Below are positions 32,972 through 47,900 of a stretch of DNA of 64,000 bases, one piece after another. The notes beneath the pieces were generated by a model. That model did not search any database. It worked only from the letters and a program-made list of their open reading frames with translations, and was not told where the DNA came from. Made by a program: the position numbers and the translations under genes. Each line of letters begins with the position of its first letter. The stretch's first letter is position 1. Origin of the DNA: Gekko japonicus (lineage: Eukaryota); contig NW_015165838.1 in assembly GCF_001447785.1 (NCBI RefSeq), forward strand, positions 906,594 to 970,593, written 5' to 3'.

Positions 32972-35900
32972 CTGAAATAATAAAACCTAGTCAGTGTCTG
33001 GTAGAAGTTCAGTGCTGCTGGAGTTGTGTTTTGAGATGGGTAAGTTTTGCGATGTGAGCTGCATGCTTAGGTTCCCTTTCTGGCTGAACTGATTATCTGT
33101 GCAGCTTTTTAAAAGGTTGTTTTGACAGCAGCTGCCACCACAACACATGGATTTTTACTGCACGGCTGAAGATAAGACATGTGTATGCAAGAAAATATTT
33201 TTAAATAATATGCTCATTTTAAAAAGCATCCTGTTATACAGAGTGTCTGACTGAAATGTTGGAGAGTTACTGTTAATATTATGCATGACCTCACTTCCTG
33301 ACATCTTGTGGACATACCCACCACCAATGTTCCCTCTAAGCTGTGGAGTCTTGTGAGCAAAAATTCTACTTTGTGAGCTACTGGCATTAAAGTTGTGAGC
33401 GAGCAATCTGGCTGCTGCATAAGTTAGTTTGCTCTGGAGCCGTCCTTCCTGAGCTAAGACAAAAAAGTGTGAGCCAGAGGCTAAAAAACTGTGAGCTAGC
33501 TCACACTAACTCAGCTTAGAGGGAACACTGCCCACCACCCTGTGTCAGAATTCCAAAGATGCTTGCAAACCCAAAAAGGCTATCGACCCATTTTAAGGCT
33601 TTAAAGGTCAAAACTAACGTTTTAAATTGGTCCTAGCAACAAACTGCTAACCAGCATAATTAGCAGAGAAAAGGAATAATGCTGCACCAGGCCAGCTCGG
33701 TTAGCCAGTACACTGCTGCCCTGCGCCAGTTTTAGACATTTAGAATGATATAGACCCTGATCGTGATGCAGGGATGTAAATGGACACAGCCAGAAACTTA
33801 TCAGCTGCAGGCTTGTTCTTCGTGTAAGTCTTGCTTTCTATGCTGACATCAACACAAGGGGCATTAAATAGTTCCCAGGGCAGGTTATATCCTGCTATCC
33901 GAGAGTGGCTTAAACAGCTATGTAACCCCTTTTCTTATTTCCCCCCTAAAGCACCGCTGTGCCTGAGAAATAGAACCGTGATTCTTACATACCAGCCACC
34001 CCTGCTCTCCCCTGGCTAAGTTGTAGCTGTCGTTTACCTGAGCTGAGGTCCAGCTAAATTGACTTGAATTGTCAGAATGTTCTTCCCAGTTATTTTCAAA
34101 ACTGTCCTCTCAATTTCCTCTTTCAAGTTGTCTAATCCATACCCCAGGAGAGCAGAAATGGCTATGGCATTTGGTTCAGTAGAATGATAACTAGGAGAAA
34201 ACAACAGACAGAAAGGCAACCTTAGTGCAAGGAGCAACTTAGTTGAGACGAGAAGAAGAAGGGATTGGATTTATACCCTGCCCTTCACTCGGAGTCTCAG
34301 AGCAGCTTACAAACTCCTTTCCCTTCCCCTCCCCACAACAGACACCCTGTGAGGTAGGTGGGGCTGAGAGAGCTCTTGCCAGAAACTGCTCTTTTTCAAG
34401 AACACCTCTTATCAGAACTATGGCTTGTCCAAGGTCATCTAGTAGCTGCAAGTGCAGGAGTGTGGAATCAAACCCAGTTCTCCAAGATTAGAGTCCGCGC
34501 ACTTAACCACTACACCAAACAGGAGTGTAGTGGTAAACTGCACTTCCTACTGGAAGTTTTTTCTTTCAGAAACAAAATGCACTACACAGCAAACATTTCA
34601 TCCCTTTCTTCCATTCTGAAAGAAAAAATAATATTTGTGACCTGCAGATGATTGTATTATTTAATGCTGAACTGGAGGAGAATATTCTAGGACATAGGTC
34701 TATGGTATGATTTTAGGAAATTTCTATCGGGGATAATTCATGAGCACCAGATACAGCCAGAAGGGTGGGAATATTCATATATGAATTCAACTTTCTGCAT
34801 GTTCACCTTGTTGGTACTGAATACCAATAATACTAAGGCATCCCTTCTCTTTTACAACATGCCTTTCTACTACAGCAGCTCCTCTATCTCCCCTTTAAGG
34901 ATTGTACTAGTCTATACGCTTTATGAGCTGTCTCTTATCTTTTCATCTTCTGAGGGCAAATGTGAACCATTCCTAAGGGTTACAGAAAAAGCAGCTCATT
35001 CATAAACCAGTTTGGGGAGGGGCCGTGGCTTAGTGGTAGAGCATCTGTTTGGTATGGAGAAGGTCCCAGGTTCAATCCCCGGTATCTCCAGTTAAATGAT
35101 CTGGCAATAGATGATGGGAAAGACCTGCCTGAGACCCTGGAGAGCTGCTGCCAGTCTGAGTAGACACTTGATGGACCAAGGGTCTGATTCAGTATAAGGC
35201 AGTTTCATGTGTTCAAGCTAAGGAGAATTTCAGGCCACGACCTAGCTCATGTTTTACCATGTTTAAAACTCAAGGAAATCACTGATAGGTAAAACAGTCT
35301 ATAAGGACCGTCTCATTTGCAAGGGGCTTTGAAATGGGTTTAAGCTGAAGACATTTTCTTGGGGAGGGGTGTAAATGGAGTTTCTACTGTACAGTTATGT
35401 TTTTAATTTTGGAATTATAAGCTGCCTTCAGCCACAAGGGAAAGGCTGGGGGAGAAATATTTTAAAGGATAAATAAATGTTATTCTACATTTATTCTGCC
35501 TCAGTGGTTTGAATGTGAATGCCTTAACTCTGGGACACAAACTGGACTCCTGTTCCAGTGCAACACAGCGGGGCTGCAACACTGCACCAGAAACACAGCC
35601 AAGAATTCTGGCACAAATTGACTTCATTCTGAAGACGTTGAACTGATTTAATCTGTGGACTGGGCTGGCTAAAACATGGAATGAAATGATATTTCAGAAA
35701 CGTCCACTCTATCTCTTACCTGTCTACCAAATCCACTTTGTTGTGAACTTCAATAATTGACTCCAGTAGCTGGCTGGGAAGGCTGAGGTTCCTGAGAACG
35801 GACAAAACACTTTCCTTCTGGAGGCTGGTCTCTGGATGGCTAATATCCCTCACGTGGACAATTACGTCCTAGCAAAGGAAACAGACAACATGAATGCATG

Positions 35901-38900
35901 AATCATTTGCTTTTTAAAACAGAGGCAAGAAAGCAGAATAAAACAAGTTCAGCTTTACTACTTGACAAGACAGATAGTTAAAACTGAGCTTGAGGCTGAA
36001 GGCATCTTGTAATTCCAAAATTAAAAATGTTAATTCCAAAATTAAAAATTAATTAAAGATTTAAAAAGATATACTGTCTGTAGTATGACTCCCTCTCATG
36101 CTAGGAAGTAGGAACTGTTTTCCTGCCTATCATAATTATTAAAGATTCTAATGGAAAATTAAACTCCACTTTCTTATTCCAAAGTTAAAGAGAAGTCTTT
36201 AAACAGAAAGGAAAATAACTTGAAAATGCGATTGAAAATGTCCATGTGTTAACAGCTTCCAAAATTCACACACAAATGGAAAACATTTTCCATCTTGCTC
36301 TTAAAGTCACACAACTACTCTTACAAGGCATTCACCTGTGCAGAAATGCAGCGTGGAGGTGGTGTGTGAGCATGCTTGATTACTTCTAATCTCCACGAAG
36401 GCTAAAACTGGCAAATAGCTCAGACTATCAGTGTCCTTTTCTGGAAAGTCTGCTCAGAACCATTGGCCATGCTGTATTACTGACACCAGAACAACTAGTA
36501 TGAGTCCATCCATTCAGAGATGGTTCAAAATGGCATCGCAATAATGTTCTGTTGCAAAAAAAAAATCCTGTGTGTCTAAAGTCCTCTCCACACAAAAGTT
36601 GTCCACACAAACAGATAAGAAAGCCCGTACTTTGCAATCACGTTATCAGAGAGGACATGTTCAGTACAGAGCAGTGATGAAATTAGTGTAGGAAGGCAGG
36701 ATACAACCTTCAATCATTGGCTTTGGACAAGTCAAAATGAAACCTATGAATACTCTGGAGCAAGTGCAATATGTACTGGGATCACAATATTTTGCACCAA
36801 TGTGAAGGGCAGGTCCCTCCCCCCCAGATGTGTGTCAAGCTGGCGTTTAGAATCCATCCATGTACCTACCGAGTAGGCTACGTCTTCTAGTGTAGCTGAA
36901 AATGATTCAATAAGGTCATGGGGCAACTGAGAGAGAAATCCAATGGTATCAACATAAAGAACAGTCAGGCGTGATGGCAGACAGCCAGCATGAGCTGTAA
37001 TGTCCAGTGTGGCAAACAGGCGATCTTGAGGCTGTAATCCTGAATCTCCAGTGAGGGCCTTGATCAGAGTCGTTTTCCCTAGCAGAAGTCAAAGCGATAG
37101 AAGATATGAACTGAACACTTGTGATTCACATAAACTGAACTGCTGCACTAAAAGAGGTAACAGGATATACACAGATTTGCAGCACAAACTCACCCTCAGA
37201 TTAATAGCTGGCATTTCCACCTTCTTGAAATCTGCCATGAACACATAATTTTAGTGTTGCAAACAAGCTTTCAGGGAGTGGTCACTTGTTTCCCTGTCTA
37301 GATGCTTCCCCACTACCCCCACCAATTACTAAGACAAAGCATACATTTGTACCTGAGAAAACAACTGAGGCCAGTGGGTCTGTGAGCCTTGCCATGAGTT
37401 TTGGTGATGGGGAATGGGAGGTGCTGTGGCTCAGTGGTAGAACATCTGCTTGGCATGCAGAAGATCCCAGGTTCAATCCCCAGTACCTAGAGTTAAAAGA
37501 TCTGGCAGTAGGTGATGTGAAAGACTTCTGCCTGAGACCTTGGGAGAGCCGTTGCCAGTCTGAGCAGACAATACTGACCTGATTCAGTATAAGGCAGCTT
37601 CATGTGTTCAAGTGCAGCAGGCCACTCCCCACAAACACTCCAGCACCACACGTGCCGCTTCCTTCAGCTACTCACCAATGCCAAGCAGATAGTGGCATCG
37701 ATAGCAAAGGGAAAGCTGTTTGTGGGGCTGCATTTGTAATCTTAGCATAAGAGTGGGAGTTCCACAAATCGATCTACAGAAAGCTTTTTAAAAACATTCA
37801 TAAATAATAGTTGAAGGGGCCACAATGTAGGCAAAAAAGAGGGTCTAATCCTTCCCCTATGCACTACATTCCTGACCACAAGAGTTCCCTTAGAGTGACT
37901 ATTCTCTCCCCCCCCCCGGGGGGGGGGGGGAGGAAACCCGGAGTCTGCACTTTCTAGAGTTAAAAGATCTGGCAGTAGGTGATGTGAAAGACTTCTGCCT
38001 GAGACCTTGGGAGAGCCGTTGCCAGTCTGAGCAGACAATACTGACCTGATTCAGTATAAGGCAGCTTCATGTGTTCAAGTGCAGCAGGCCACTCCCCACA
38101 AACACTCCAGCACCACACGTGCCGCTTCCTTCAGCTACTCACCAATGCCAAGCAGATAGTGGCATTGATAGCAAAGGGAAAGCTCTTCGTGGGGCTGTAT
38201 TTGTAATCTTAGCATAAGAGTGGGAGTTCCACAAATTGATCTCCAGAAAGCTTTTTAAAAACATTCATAAACAATAGTTGCAGGCGCCACAATGTAGGCA
38301 AAAAAAGGGTCTAATCCTTCCCCTATGCACTGCATTCCTGACCACAAGAGTTCCCTTAGAGTGACTATTCTCTCCCCCCTCCGGGGGGGGGGGGGGGGTG
38401 GGAAACCATACTGCACTTTCAGTGGGGCTAACAGCCTGTGGATTTGCAGGACAGGAAAAGGGGTGGGTGGGAGAAATGAAGGTTACTGATCCAAGTGGCT
38501 ATACACAAAAACACTCAGAGAAATCTCCCTGCATCTTGTCTGATTTTGCCCTTTGCAGCAAATGCAGCCCTCAACTTTTTCTTAGCCTGCATTATTTTGA
38601 CTTGTAGCAGCCACGTTTGCATGTACGCCATATATCCATCTGCCTGCTGATTATGCTACTGCTGCTCCAAGTAGAAAGCACCAGAAATATAGGCCTATAG
38701 AGGCGATTATACTTTCTGTGTCTTTCAGGCAGCTACAACCCGAACTGCAAGGAGTTGCTTTATGTTTCCCAGGCCAGTCAGCAGAGCTTAGCACTCTGCC
38801 CCTCCTCTCTGGGATGTTAGGCAAATATAATTTCCCAGTCAGCTGCTTGCCTCAGGGCTGTACTACATGTCCCAGGTGAAATACAAACAGTAAGAACCAT

Positions 38901-41900
38901 GATGTTTTGTCAGTACTTAGCTCAAGATAGTTGACATCTACTGCCACTGCTTGTTATCCATGCTAAATCCCTACTTTACCCCCTAATTAACTGCTTTGGT
39001 TGCTCCTTAGATACCAGTTTGCAACTACACAGAGTTAAAGGCCGCAATTCTCTTACAGCACAACAGCCAAAGGCTGAATGGCAAAGGATGTGCAAGCCTT
39101 ACACTATAAGTCAGTTCAATTTGGAGAGCTATACTTCACAGAACTGACAAGTCTCCACATTTACTTATTTGGTTTTCCCTGTCAATCGACCTGACAAGCA
39201 AGAACAAGATTCAAAAGCATGGACACCACCCCCAAATGTTCAAGAGTAGACTGACAGATTTGTGGCCTCAGGTGGTGTGCACAGTGCTTTATGGCAACTA
39301 TTTCCGGCATGCCATGAAGACATTTGGCCAAAAGAAGAGACAACATGAGCTTCTACCACTTTAGTATTTAAAACAGGACACTTAAATGCTTAAACTCTTT
39401 GGCTATTAATAGCACACATGCCTGGCCAGTAGTTTCATAATGATCACCATAATAAAAAATGATCAACACCCACCCCCACCTAGAAAGCATAACCAGAAGG
39501 CAGAGGCACAGTTTGATAGCCAAAAAGTAAAAGCTAGTTATTATATATAGTAAATCAGAAGTTCACACAGCATTTTTAAAATGGCAAAAACTTACAAAAA
39601 ATGGCAAAACAGGATCAAAACAGCACACAAATATTTCTGCGTTCCCCACTGGCAGAGCTGTTCTGAGGCAGGGTTCAAAGCTTACCTAGAAAAACCACTT
39701 CATCCTTACCTCATAGCTTAAGCCGTGTTTGTCCAACGTGGAATTCAAAAGCACTTCAGTACCCATTGTTTGTGATTGACTGAGGGCTGAAATTTGAATT
39801 TGTGCATGCAGCACATACCCTCATGTTACAAAATTTCACATCCGGATTTGAGAATCACTTAATGGATTTTTTGACTTCTTTTGAGTCGAGCGAGCAAAAT
39901 TTGGGGCATTTGGTGCAACAGCTGGTAGTAAAGAAGCCATTTGCAGTATATGTGACATTTGTCCCAAGGGTTTGCTTTTCAAGTGCCCAAATGTTTTCAT
40001 TTTCCACTCTTAGTGTCTCCGATTGACATCCAAAGAACCCCATGTGCACTTAGAAAGGGCTACGTGGTTATGATGGGAGGGAGGATTCATGATTTCTCCC
40101 TCTCACTGAGGCTTCTTGTGTCATGGACATTCGGGGGTAATTTTCCAAAGGATTCGAGGGGCAAGGGTGTGTGTGAGAGTCATGATGGTGAAAAGCTCCA
40201 GAGCACAAGAAGAACATCATACTTTGGATCTGGGCCTGGCTTGAAAGTTAAACATCTGACAGGCTGTTTAACTGTCCTTAATTTTTCCTTGGAATTTTCA
40301 TTAACATCAATGGGTACTGCCATTCACCCAGACGGCAGAGTTTTAGAAGCGCAAGATACTCTATTAATGACCAAGAAAGCACCTCCTACATTCTTAGGAA
40401 ACCTCCATTAACATATGTAGGTTTAAAGTCCAGAAAATAATATATGGAAGGTCTTTCACTTAAAAAGAACCTTGCACATTCTTCTCATTTAATATCATCA
40501 TTTTGTCTTGCAACCTACCACAATTAGTGTAGCCCATTACCGAAATAATAGGAAATTCACGCTTCAACCGCTGTCTTCTAAGTAAGGATCTTTTTTGTCT
40601 GAGCTTCTCAAGGGCCCTTCGAATTTTAAGTTCCTTTTCTTTTAAGAGGCGAAGTTGTATTTCCATGAACGTTTCACCTGAAAAGCATAAAGCAATAATC
40701 ATTTGGACACAGAAACAAAAAACACTATACCACTAGAAGGGAAAGTTTTGCAAAAACTCCTGAACTGCTTCCAGTTCTCACTTTCACGATTTCATGGCTA
40801 TGTAATTTTTTTTTGTTAAACATCTCAGTAATCTTTTCAGGTCATATCCATCTTATTGTGATAATTTAAATTATGTAACTGATAACTACGATACAATAGA
40901 AAAAAACAGCATTTTATGAAACAAAGCTGAAAGTAATACCATCGTTTGAAGGTACTAGACAAATGATGTCATAAAAAGCATATTGCCCAAACCCACAGTA
41001 GCTAGGATAACTTTTGTTTCCTACGGTGTGATTTTAAACAGGCCTCCTAGGAATCTCACTCAGGTCAATTCAATGGGGCTCACTCCCAAAAGACTTCTTT
41101 GGATTCTGCTGTTCATTTTCTAGTATTCATGTGCATTTTTCAGAAAAGATAAATGAAAAGGATGTTCGATTCCTTTGTACCCACTCACATTTCCTGAGAT
41201 ATATCAGAGAACCAATTCCAACTCCCCCCCCATATTTACACCTTCCAAAGAAATAACAAACCACCTCCCATTAATACTATGTAAAAACTGGAGCTTAGTT
41301 CCAAATAAATGTATTTATGAATGAGGTACAATTTAAGTGTGAAATCAGAAAGACTGCTACATCTTGAAGATTTGAAATAACGCACAGCACAAGTTGCTTA
41401 AGAACTGTTGATTTTGAAATGGCAATTATGAAATTGTGGAAAACGAAGCATACTAAAACTGAAAATTTAGCTTGTTAGCAACTGCAAGGATGGTCTTGGC
41501 TAGTTGTTGGAAGACAAATATTCTTCCAAGTAAATTGGATTGGTTCAGGAAAACTTGGGAGATAGTGTTATTTAGGTTTACCACTTTGGCTAATATGAAA
41601 GAAATTAAAAGTTGGGAAGCATATTCAATTCCACTGTTATATTTGCGAGTCAAAAAAGAAGTTTGGTTGTATATATGTGTCTGCTTTGAATTATATTTAG
41701 TAATGTAAGTAGCTACTTATTTTGTATTAATCATGTATGATATAATTATTAAAAAAACTGGAAGTTTTTTCTTTTTAAAAAGGAAACTCATGTCTGAAAA
41801 TTGAGCTTTGTGATATTGTTCATTAAAAATTCAGGTGATCACAACAGTGATGGTCTTTGACTGGCTATGTAAGTCCACCTGAGATCTTCCAACAAGTACA

Positions 41901-44900
41901 CTCTACCTGAACCCATAATGTATCTTGATCCACCCCTCTGTTGATCCATCTGAGCGACCTCATTTCTCACATTAGTCCTGTAAAAGAAAGAAATAATACT
42001 TTTGCATTACAAGCGTCTAACCATACAAGCGGCGAATCATTAAATTACAATAGCTCCAATTCTCCTAAAGTCAATACTCAGGTGTTATTGAAATCAGTGA
42101 AACATACTGCTGTGTGATACCAACACGTACTTTTGTGTGACTGTGCTGGGCCTCTTATTCCAAATAGTACTCTCACACATCATGAAATATGTCCAGGTCC
42201 AGCCCCAAACCAGGGCCAGCTGAAACATTTCATGGTTTGCAAAAGCTATAAATAAGGCCCTTAAAGGAAAGACACTGCCCCAGTTTAATGTATTGTAGAA
42301 CTAACTTTCATACGTTTAAAAGAATAAATTGAATTGTAAATGATAATGCAATGTAAGAGGTCTCTCTCTCTCTCTCTGTATCTATATCTACCTAGATGTA
42401 TATCTGGATATGATTACATACTCAACTAAAGATACTTGCAGAAAACTATTTAAAAACAAAACATAAACAGAAGGCTTCAACATATGCCAAGCTACCTCCT
42501 ACACAGAAAGGCTTCTGGTCTTGTGCTTCAATCAACTGCATGGAGGTAACACGAGGTCCTTCTAGAACCCAAATACATTATCAATTAAAATAAAGACCTC
42601 ACAGTATGTTCCTATATGTTGCATGGGGCCCAGTCATTCATAGAGCTGCGCTATACTAAATGATTCACAAACTTACTTGGATAAAATATTAGGGACTGTG
42701 GTCTATGCTACTGTGTTTAGCTTGCTGAAAATTTTTACTATCTAATATTTTTGCATTGTTTAATGTGTCATGTTAACACCTGCGCTTTGCTTCAGTTTGG
42801 TTTTTAGAATTCTGGTTGGCTCTACAACTCAAATCCTATTTTATTGTTTACTGAATGTCCCATCCTGTTGACTGCCTTAGAACATAAGAGAAGCCAATGT
42901 TGGATCAGGCCAATGGCCCATCTAGTCCAATACTCTGTCACACAGTGGCCAAAAATACCAGGTGCCATCAGGGGGTCCAGCATACTAGGAGCCCTCCCAC
43001 TGTTGCTCCCCCCAAGCACCAAGAATATAGTGCATCACTTGCCCCAGCCTGAGAGTTCCTATCTATGCCTTGTGGCTAATAGCCACTGATGGACTTCTGC
43101 TCCATATGCTTATCTAATCCCCTCTTAAGGCCGTCCATGCTTGTAGCTGCCAACACCTTCTGTGGCAGTGAATTTCATGTGTTAATTACTCGTTGGGTGA
43201 AGAAGTACTTCCTTTTATCCGTTCTAATGCTCAGCAATTTCATGGCGTGCCCATGAGTTCTTGTATTGTGAGAAAGGGAGAAAAGTACTTTCTCTACTTG
43301 CTCTATCCCATGCATAATCTTATTGACTCACTCTGTGCAATCAGCTTTGCATCCAAGTGAGAAAGGCAGACTGTAAACAACATAAAGTAAAATATGTCTC
43401 CTTCAGTGTGCACCTCCTGATAATAAATTAGCTTTCACAGGATTCTAGCCCATGACTGTCATATTTAAAAGAGAGGAATAATTAAGACACACCTAGTTGC
43501 TTGGGATCAATTAATTCTTTTATGTATATTCCTTCAAAAGGCAAGTTAAATTAACTTATACACTTATGAATGATGAACTAAACAAAACATCCCATTCTAT
43601 TCTAAGTTATATAATGCAGTTAAGCATCCTGTGCGAGAGGAGCAAGATGACCCAAATCATTGTTCTAGTCACTGGTTGTGTTAAGTATTCAGATATAATG
43701 AAGAAACCAGAATTTGTTTGTGATTTAGGAATTCTTCGTTACAAACTTGTTATGGCTTCTGAATCTGGGAAGTTTTAAAAATTGGACTCTGTCTTAGGCA
43801 AGGTCAAACTACAATTAAAGCATCCAAATTTAGAGGTCATAACAAATTTTGATTAGCCTGAAGACTTCCTAAATCAGAGGTCTCTACTCTACACATGGAA
43901 AGGATTTAGGAATTCTTCGTTACAAACTTGTTATGGCTTCTGAATCTGGGAAGTTTTAAAAATTGGACTCTGTCTTAGGCAAGGTCAAACTACAATTAAA
44001 GCATCCAAATTTAGAGGTCATAACAAATTTTGATTAGCCTGAAGACTTCCTAAATCAGGGGTCTCTACTCTACACATGGAAAGGATGTATGTGCAAAAAG
44101 GAAGGGAATGGAGTGTACGAACACGAGGATTTCAAGTTGTTCACATGACAGATTATGGTTTGTTCGCAATATCTGAATGCAGTACTTTTTCCGAACTGCT
44201 TTTGCTATTCTGTTGAGATAATGAAATGCTACTTGTACTGCTTCTAATACCTTAGAATTGGTATTTCAGCCAATGCTATCTGAAGTTTTGCTTCCTTAGT
44301 CCGAGCGTTGCGACGGAAAATATGAAGAACAACTGAATATCTGTCGAACACCTCCACTCCCCAAGCTTCTTCAAATGCTTTCTTTAAAAAAGGGGAAAAA
44401 AAGATTTGTACGTTGTCTGTTGAACAGCCAGTATATGGAACTTTAATAAATTGTCCCTGTGAAATTAGCATCACCTGACAGATACCTACAGCAGGATAAT
44501 TTTAGGAGAGAGGTCCTTTTCTCTTCAGCACGGAAGCAAGAAGCCCAAGGTCTCAGTGGTCAAGCAGAATTAGAATACAGAGATAAAGTTGCTCCTTTAA
44601 AAAAATTCTTCCATTCCTTTCTTTAACCATCTGACTATCTCATGCAGAAGAGGTAGAAAAGAACTTTGTGCTTACTTTCCTGTAACCCTGTATCCATGAG
44701 CTGGCCTGTGAGTTGCTTTACCTGAACCAAAGCCACCTTCTCATGACTGGCTTGTTCCTCTCCAGCATAATAAACAAATACTTGCTACAAGATCATACTG
44801 AGCATTTCCCAGCCCTCACCATCGAACTACCAAATGTATGGTATGAGAACTCACAACAGTATGCCACATTTAATGATATGTGTATATATATATTATGCCA

Positions 44901-47900
44901 CAGACAAGAAACTCATCATAAGAAAATACTTGAAGCTACAGTTACAGAATGTTTAGACCAGCTGTGCCCACGATCATTAAAAAGGCAATAGTAAAAAGAT
45001 AGTAACATAGGGGTATAGTCAGATTTTGATCTATGTACGCAAATCTTGGGAGTAATTTACTTGTGAAGCAATCAAGGTTATTGTATAGACCAATTATAAG
45101 CACATCTACTCATTGAATTCAATTGGGCTCACTCCCAAATTGATATGCATAGGACGGAAGTGCCAAACCCTTTGGATAACAAATTTATAATAACCCAGAA
45201 TTAAATCTGGCTTGCTAATTTCTGAGTGTCTCATTGACATGCAGATTTAGGCACATTTCTACTTTATGGATACTATAAAAACACAATACAAATGCAGACT
45301 TCAAAACATGAAGGCAGACTTGTTTTAATATCAAATTTTGTAGTTACCTTAGTGGGGAGAGAGAGTCTTTCTACATTCACAAAGACTGCTGATATATGTG
45401 GCAATTCTTCAATCTTGTCTAAAAGAAAATTACTAAGATATATCATTTTGCAGCTGTTACTATTAAAATTGAACTAACAGTACTGAAAAGCTACATTCTT
45501 TGCTTGCAGGAAAGATATAGGCAGACATCATGAGAGTATGTATCCTTCCACTAAACATCACAAGTTTCACCAAGTTCAACAGCACCTGTGCTCAAGTAAG
45601 TGTGCATAGGACCAGTATTCCCTCTAAGCTAAGTTAGTGTGAGTTAGCTTACAGTCTCTTAGCCTCTGGCTCACACATTTTTGTCTCAGCTCGGGAAGGG
45701 ATGGCTCCAGAGCAAACTAATTTATGCAGTAGCCCAATCGCTCGCTCACAACTTTAATGCCTGTCGCTCACAAAGTAGAACTTTTGCTCACAAGACTCCA
45801 CAGCTTAGAGGGAACAGTGCATAGTACTGCAGCCTGCAATACTATACTTGCAGTTTATGGAATAAATATTGTTTGACAAACAACATTGGGAAGACTATAT
45901 AATGATTTCACTGCAAGGACCAATATCTACAAAACCAAAATATTCAAAAACTCTGTGTCTCTGAGCCGATCCAATCATATTGTTTGCACTTAATATTTCA
46001 TCCTTTGCAGGTTCAGTTCTGATCTTTAAAGTTTATTTTGCACAATCAAGACACTCCATGGTACCACCTCAGATAACGTACTATTATCTCACAATTAGCC
46101 AGTTGCTTTCCTGGAATAAAAATTCCTTCTAGGCAAATAGCTTCCCATCATATTCATATAACTCCCGTCTTGTTCCATTGGCTGCCAATTTATTTCCATG
46201 TCCAATCCAAGGTACAGGTACTGAGGCCAGCATATTTGAAAGACCACCTGCTCCCAGATGAACCTACCTGTCCACTCTGGACATCTTCGTAGACCCCGTC
46301 CAGGGTGTCCCCACCATCTGAACATTTTAAATTGCTCCTGCTGTCATAGCTTTCACTTTTGCTCTCTACTGCTAACCTTCTATCTGCTGTCTTCACCTTG
46401 TGTGTTTTATCAGTTTTAGTTGATTTGTTGCTACTTTTAAAAAATACTTTTGTGAACTGCATTCAGTATTAGATTTGACACAGAAAAGCAGGATACAAAT
46501 GATTTAAATACACAGCAGCTATAACAAACAGAATCCTTATGAGATTTCCCTCAGGCTCAAGATTTACAGACAGGCCAAAAACCATTCGGAATGCTACAAT
46601 TCACACACGTCAGTCCGACAATTCCTGTGTTTAAAGGAGGAATAAAGACCACAACCAGCATCCAAAGAGCTACTTCTGGCACTTCCAGGGTGGGCATGCT
46701 GATTTTTTTTAAAAAAAATACCATCCTCCCTCTGAACTCAAACCTTCCATGCAACAACATATTGCAAATCAATTAAGGTCAGTTTCAAATAAGATATTCA
46801 GGTGGGGCAGCTGTGTTGGTCTGAAGCAAACAAAGTCTGAGTCCAGTGGCACCTTTAAGACTAACAAAGTTTTATTCAGAGTATAAGCTTTCGTATGCAT
46901 ACATGCTTCCTCAGATGGAATGAAATGGAATCCGCCTGCCTGCCTGTCTATCTAGTATTGTTCATATGGCTATCACCTTAAGCAGAAATTAGAACAAAAA
47001 ACATTTTAAAAGACCTTACTCAGTATTATTTCTCTTATATTTGATTACCGCACCTATGAATTTTGCCACTGAGAGAGTGACACGATCATTTGTATCCGAT
47101 AGTAGCCATGACACCTGGGCTCGCACATTTAGCAATTCCGTATCTTTAAATAAAGGGGTGACTAAATTAGCCCTCAACTCATCGAATATAGGGCACTCCA
47201 TAATAATATGTTTGATGGTTCGACTGTATTGTATGAGCATCTGCATGTTCTATTAGAGTATGATACTTTATTATATTTGCCCTCCAAAACCAGCAAGGGA
47301 AGAACGTTCAGTCTTGCCAAAGTAAAAGCTCTTCTTAGTTTTGGGACTGTCAATTGATAAAAATATTTCGGCAGCTGCATCGGGAGGGCAATTCCCAAAT
47401 GGAGTGTTGAACATACCCTGTTGTGCCCTAATAGACGTACTTGTAACATCCAATTTCCTTACAGATTGTTAAATTTGTCTTATAATGTCTTTAGTTCCCG
47501 TATTCTTAATCATATCATTTGTTATTCCTAGGCATTTCATTTTATTTTCCAATAGTTGATCCCATTGGCTATAATATTTATCTGCCTGGATAAGCTCAAG
47601 TAGAATAGATCCTCCCTCAGGTTTTAAAACTACTTTAAAGAGAAATGCTTTAATCCAAGCTCTAGCTTCCATCAATAATTTGTCTAGTTCCACTCTCAGT
47701 GCTTTTTGGAAATCGGGAAAAGGGACTGGGGAATTCACCAGTCCGTACATATAAGGCAGAGGGTGAACAGTAAATTAGCATACAGCATAATGAAGATGGT
47801 TAATAGATTCGAGGGCCAAACAGGAATAACAAGCTTTGTTTATATGGTTACCATTTGTTTGGGTTTAATTCAGGGGGGGAAACCTAGTGAAGCAAATAAA

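Noticed and set aside
35018-35095. tRNA gene
   Set aside because: The A/B boxes run into a SINE body found in several diverged copies, with no proper cloverleaf or terminator.
36870-44381. Bacterial hflX contamination or horizontal transfer
   Set aside because: The HflX motifs are split by spliceosomal introns at the expected GTPBP6 positions.
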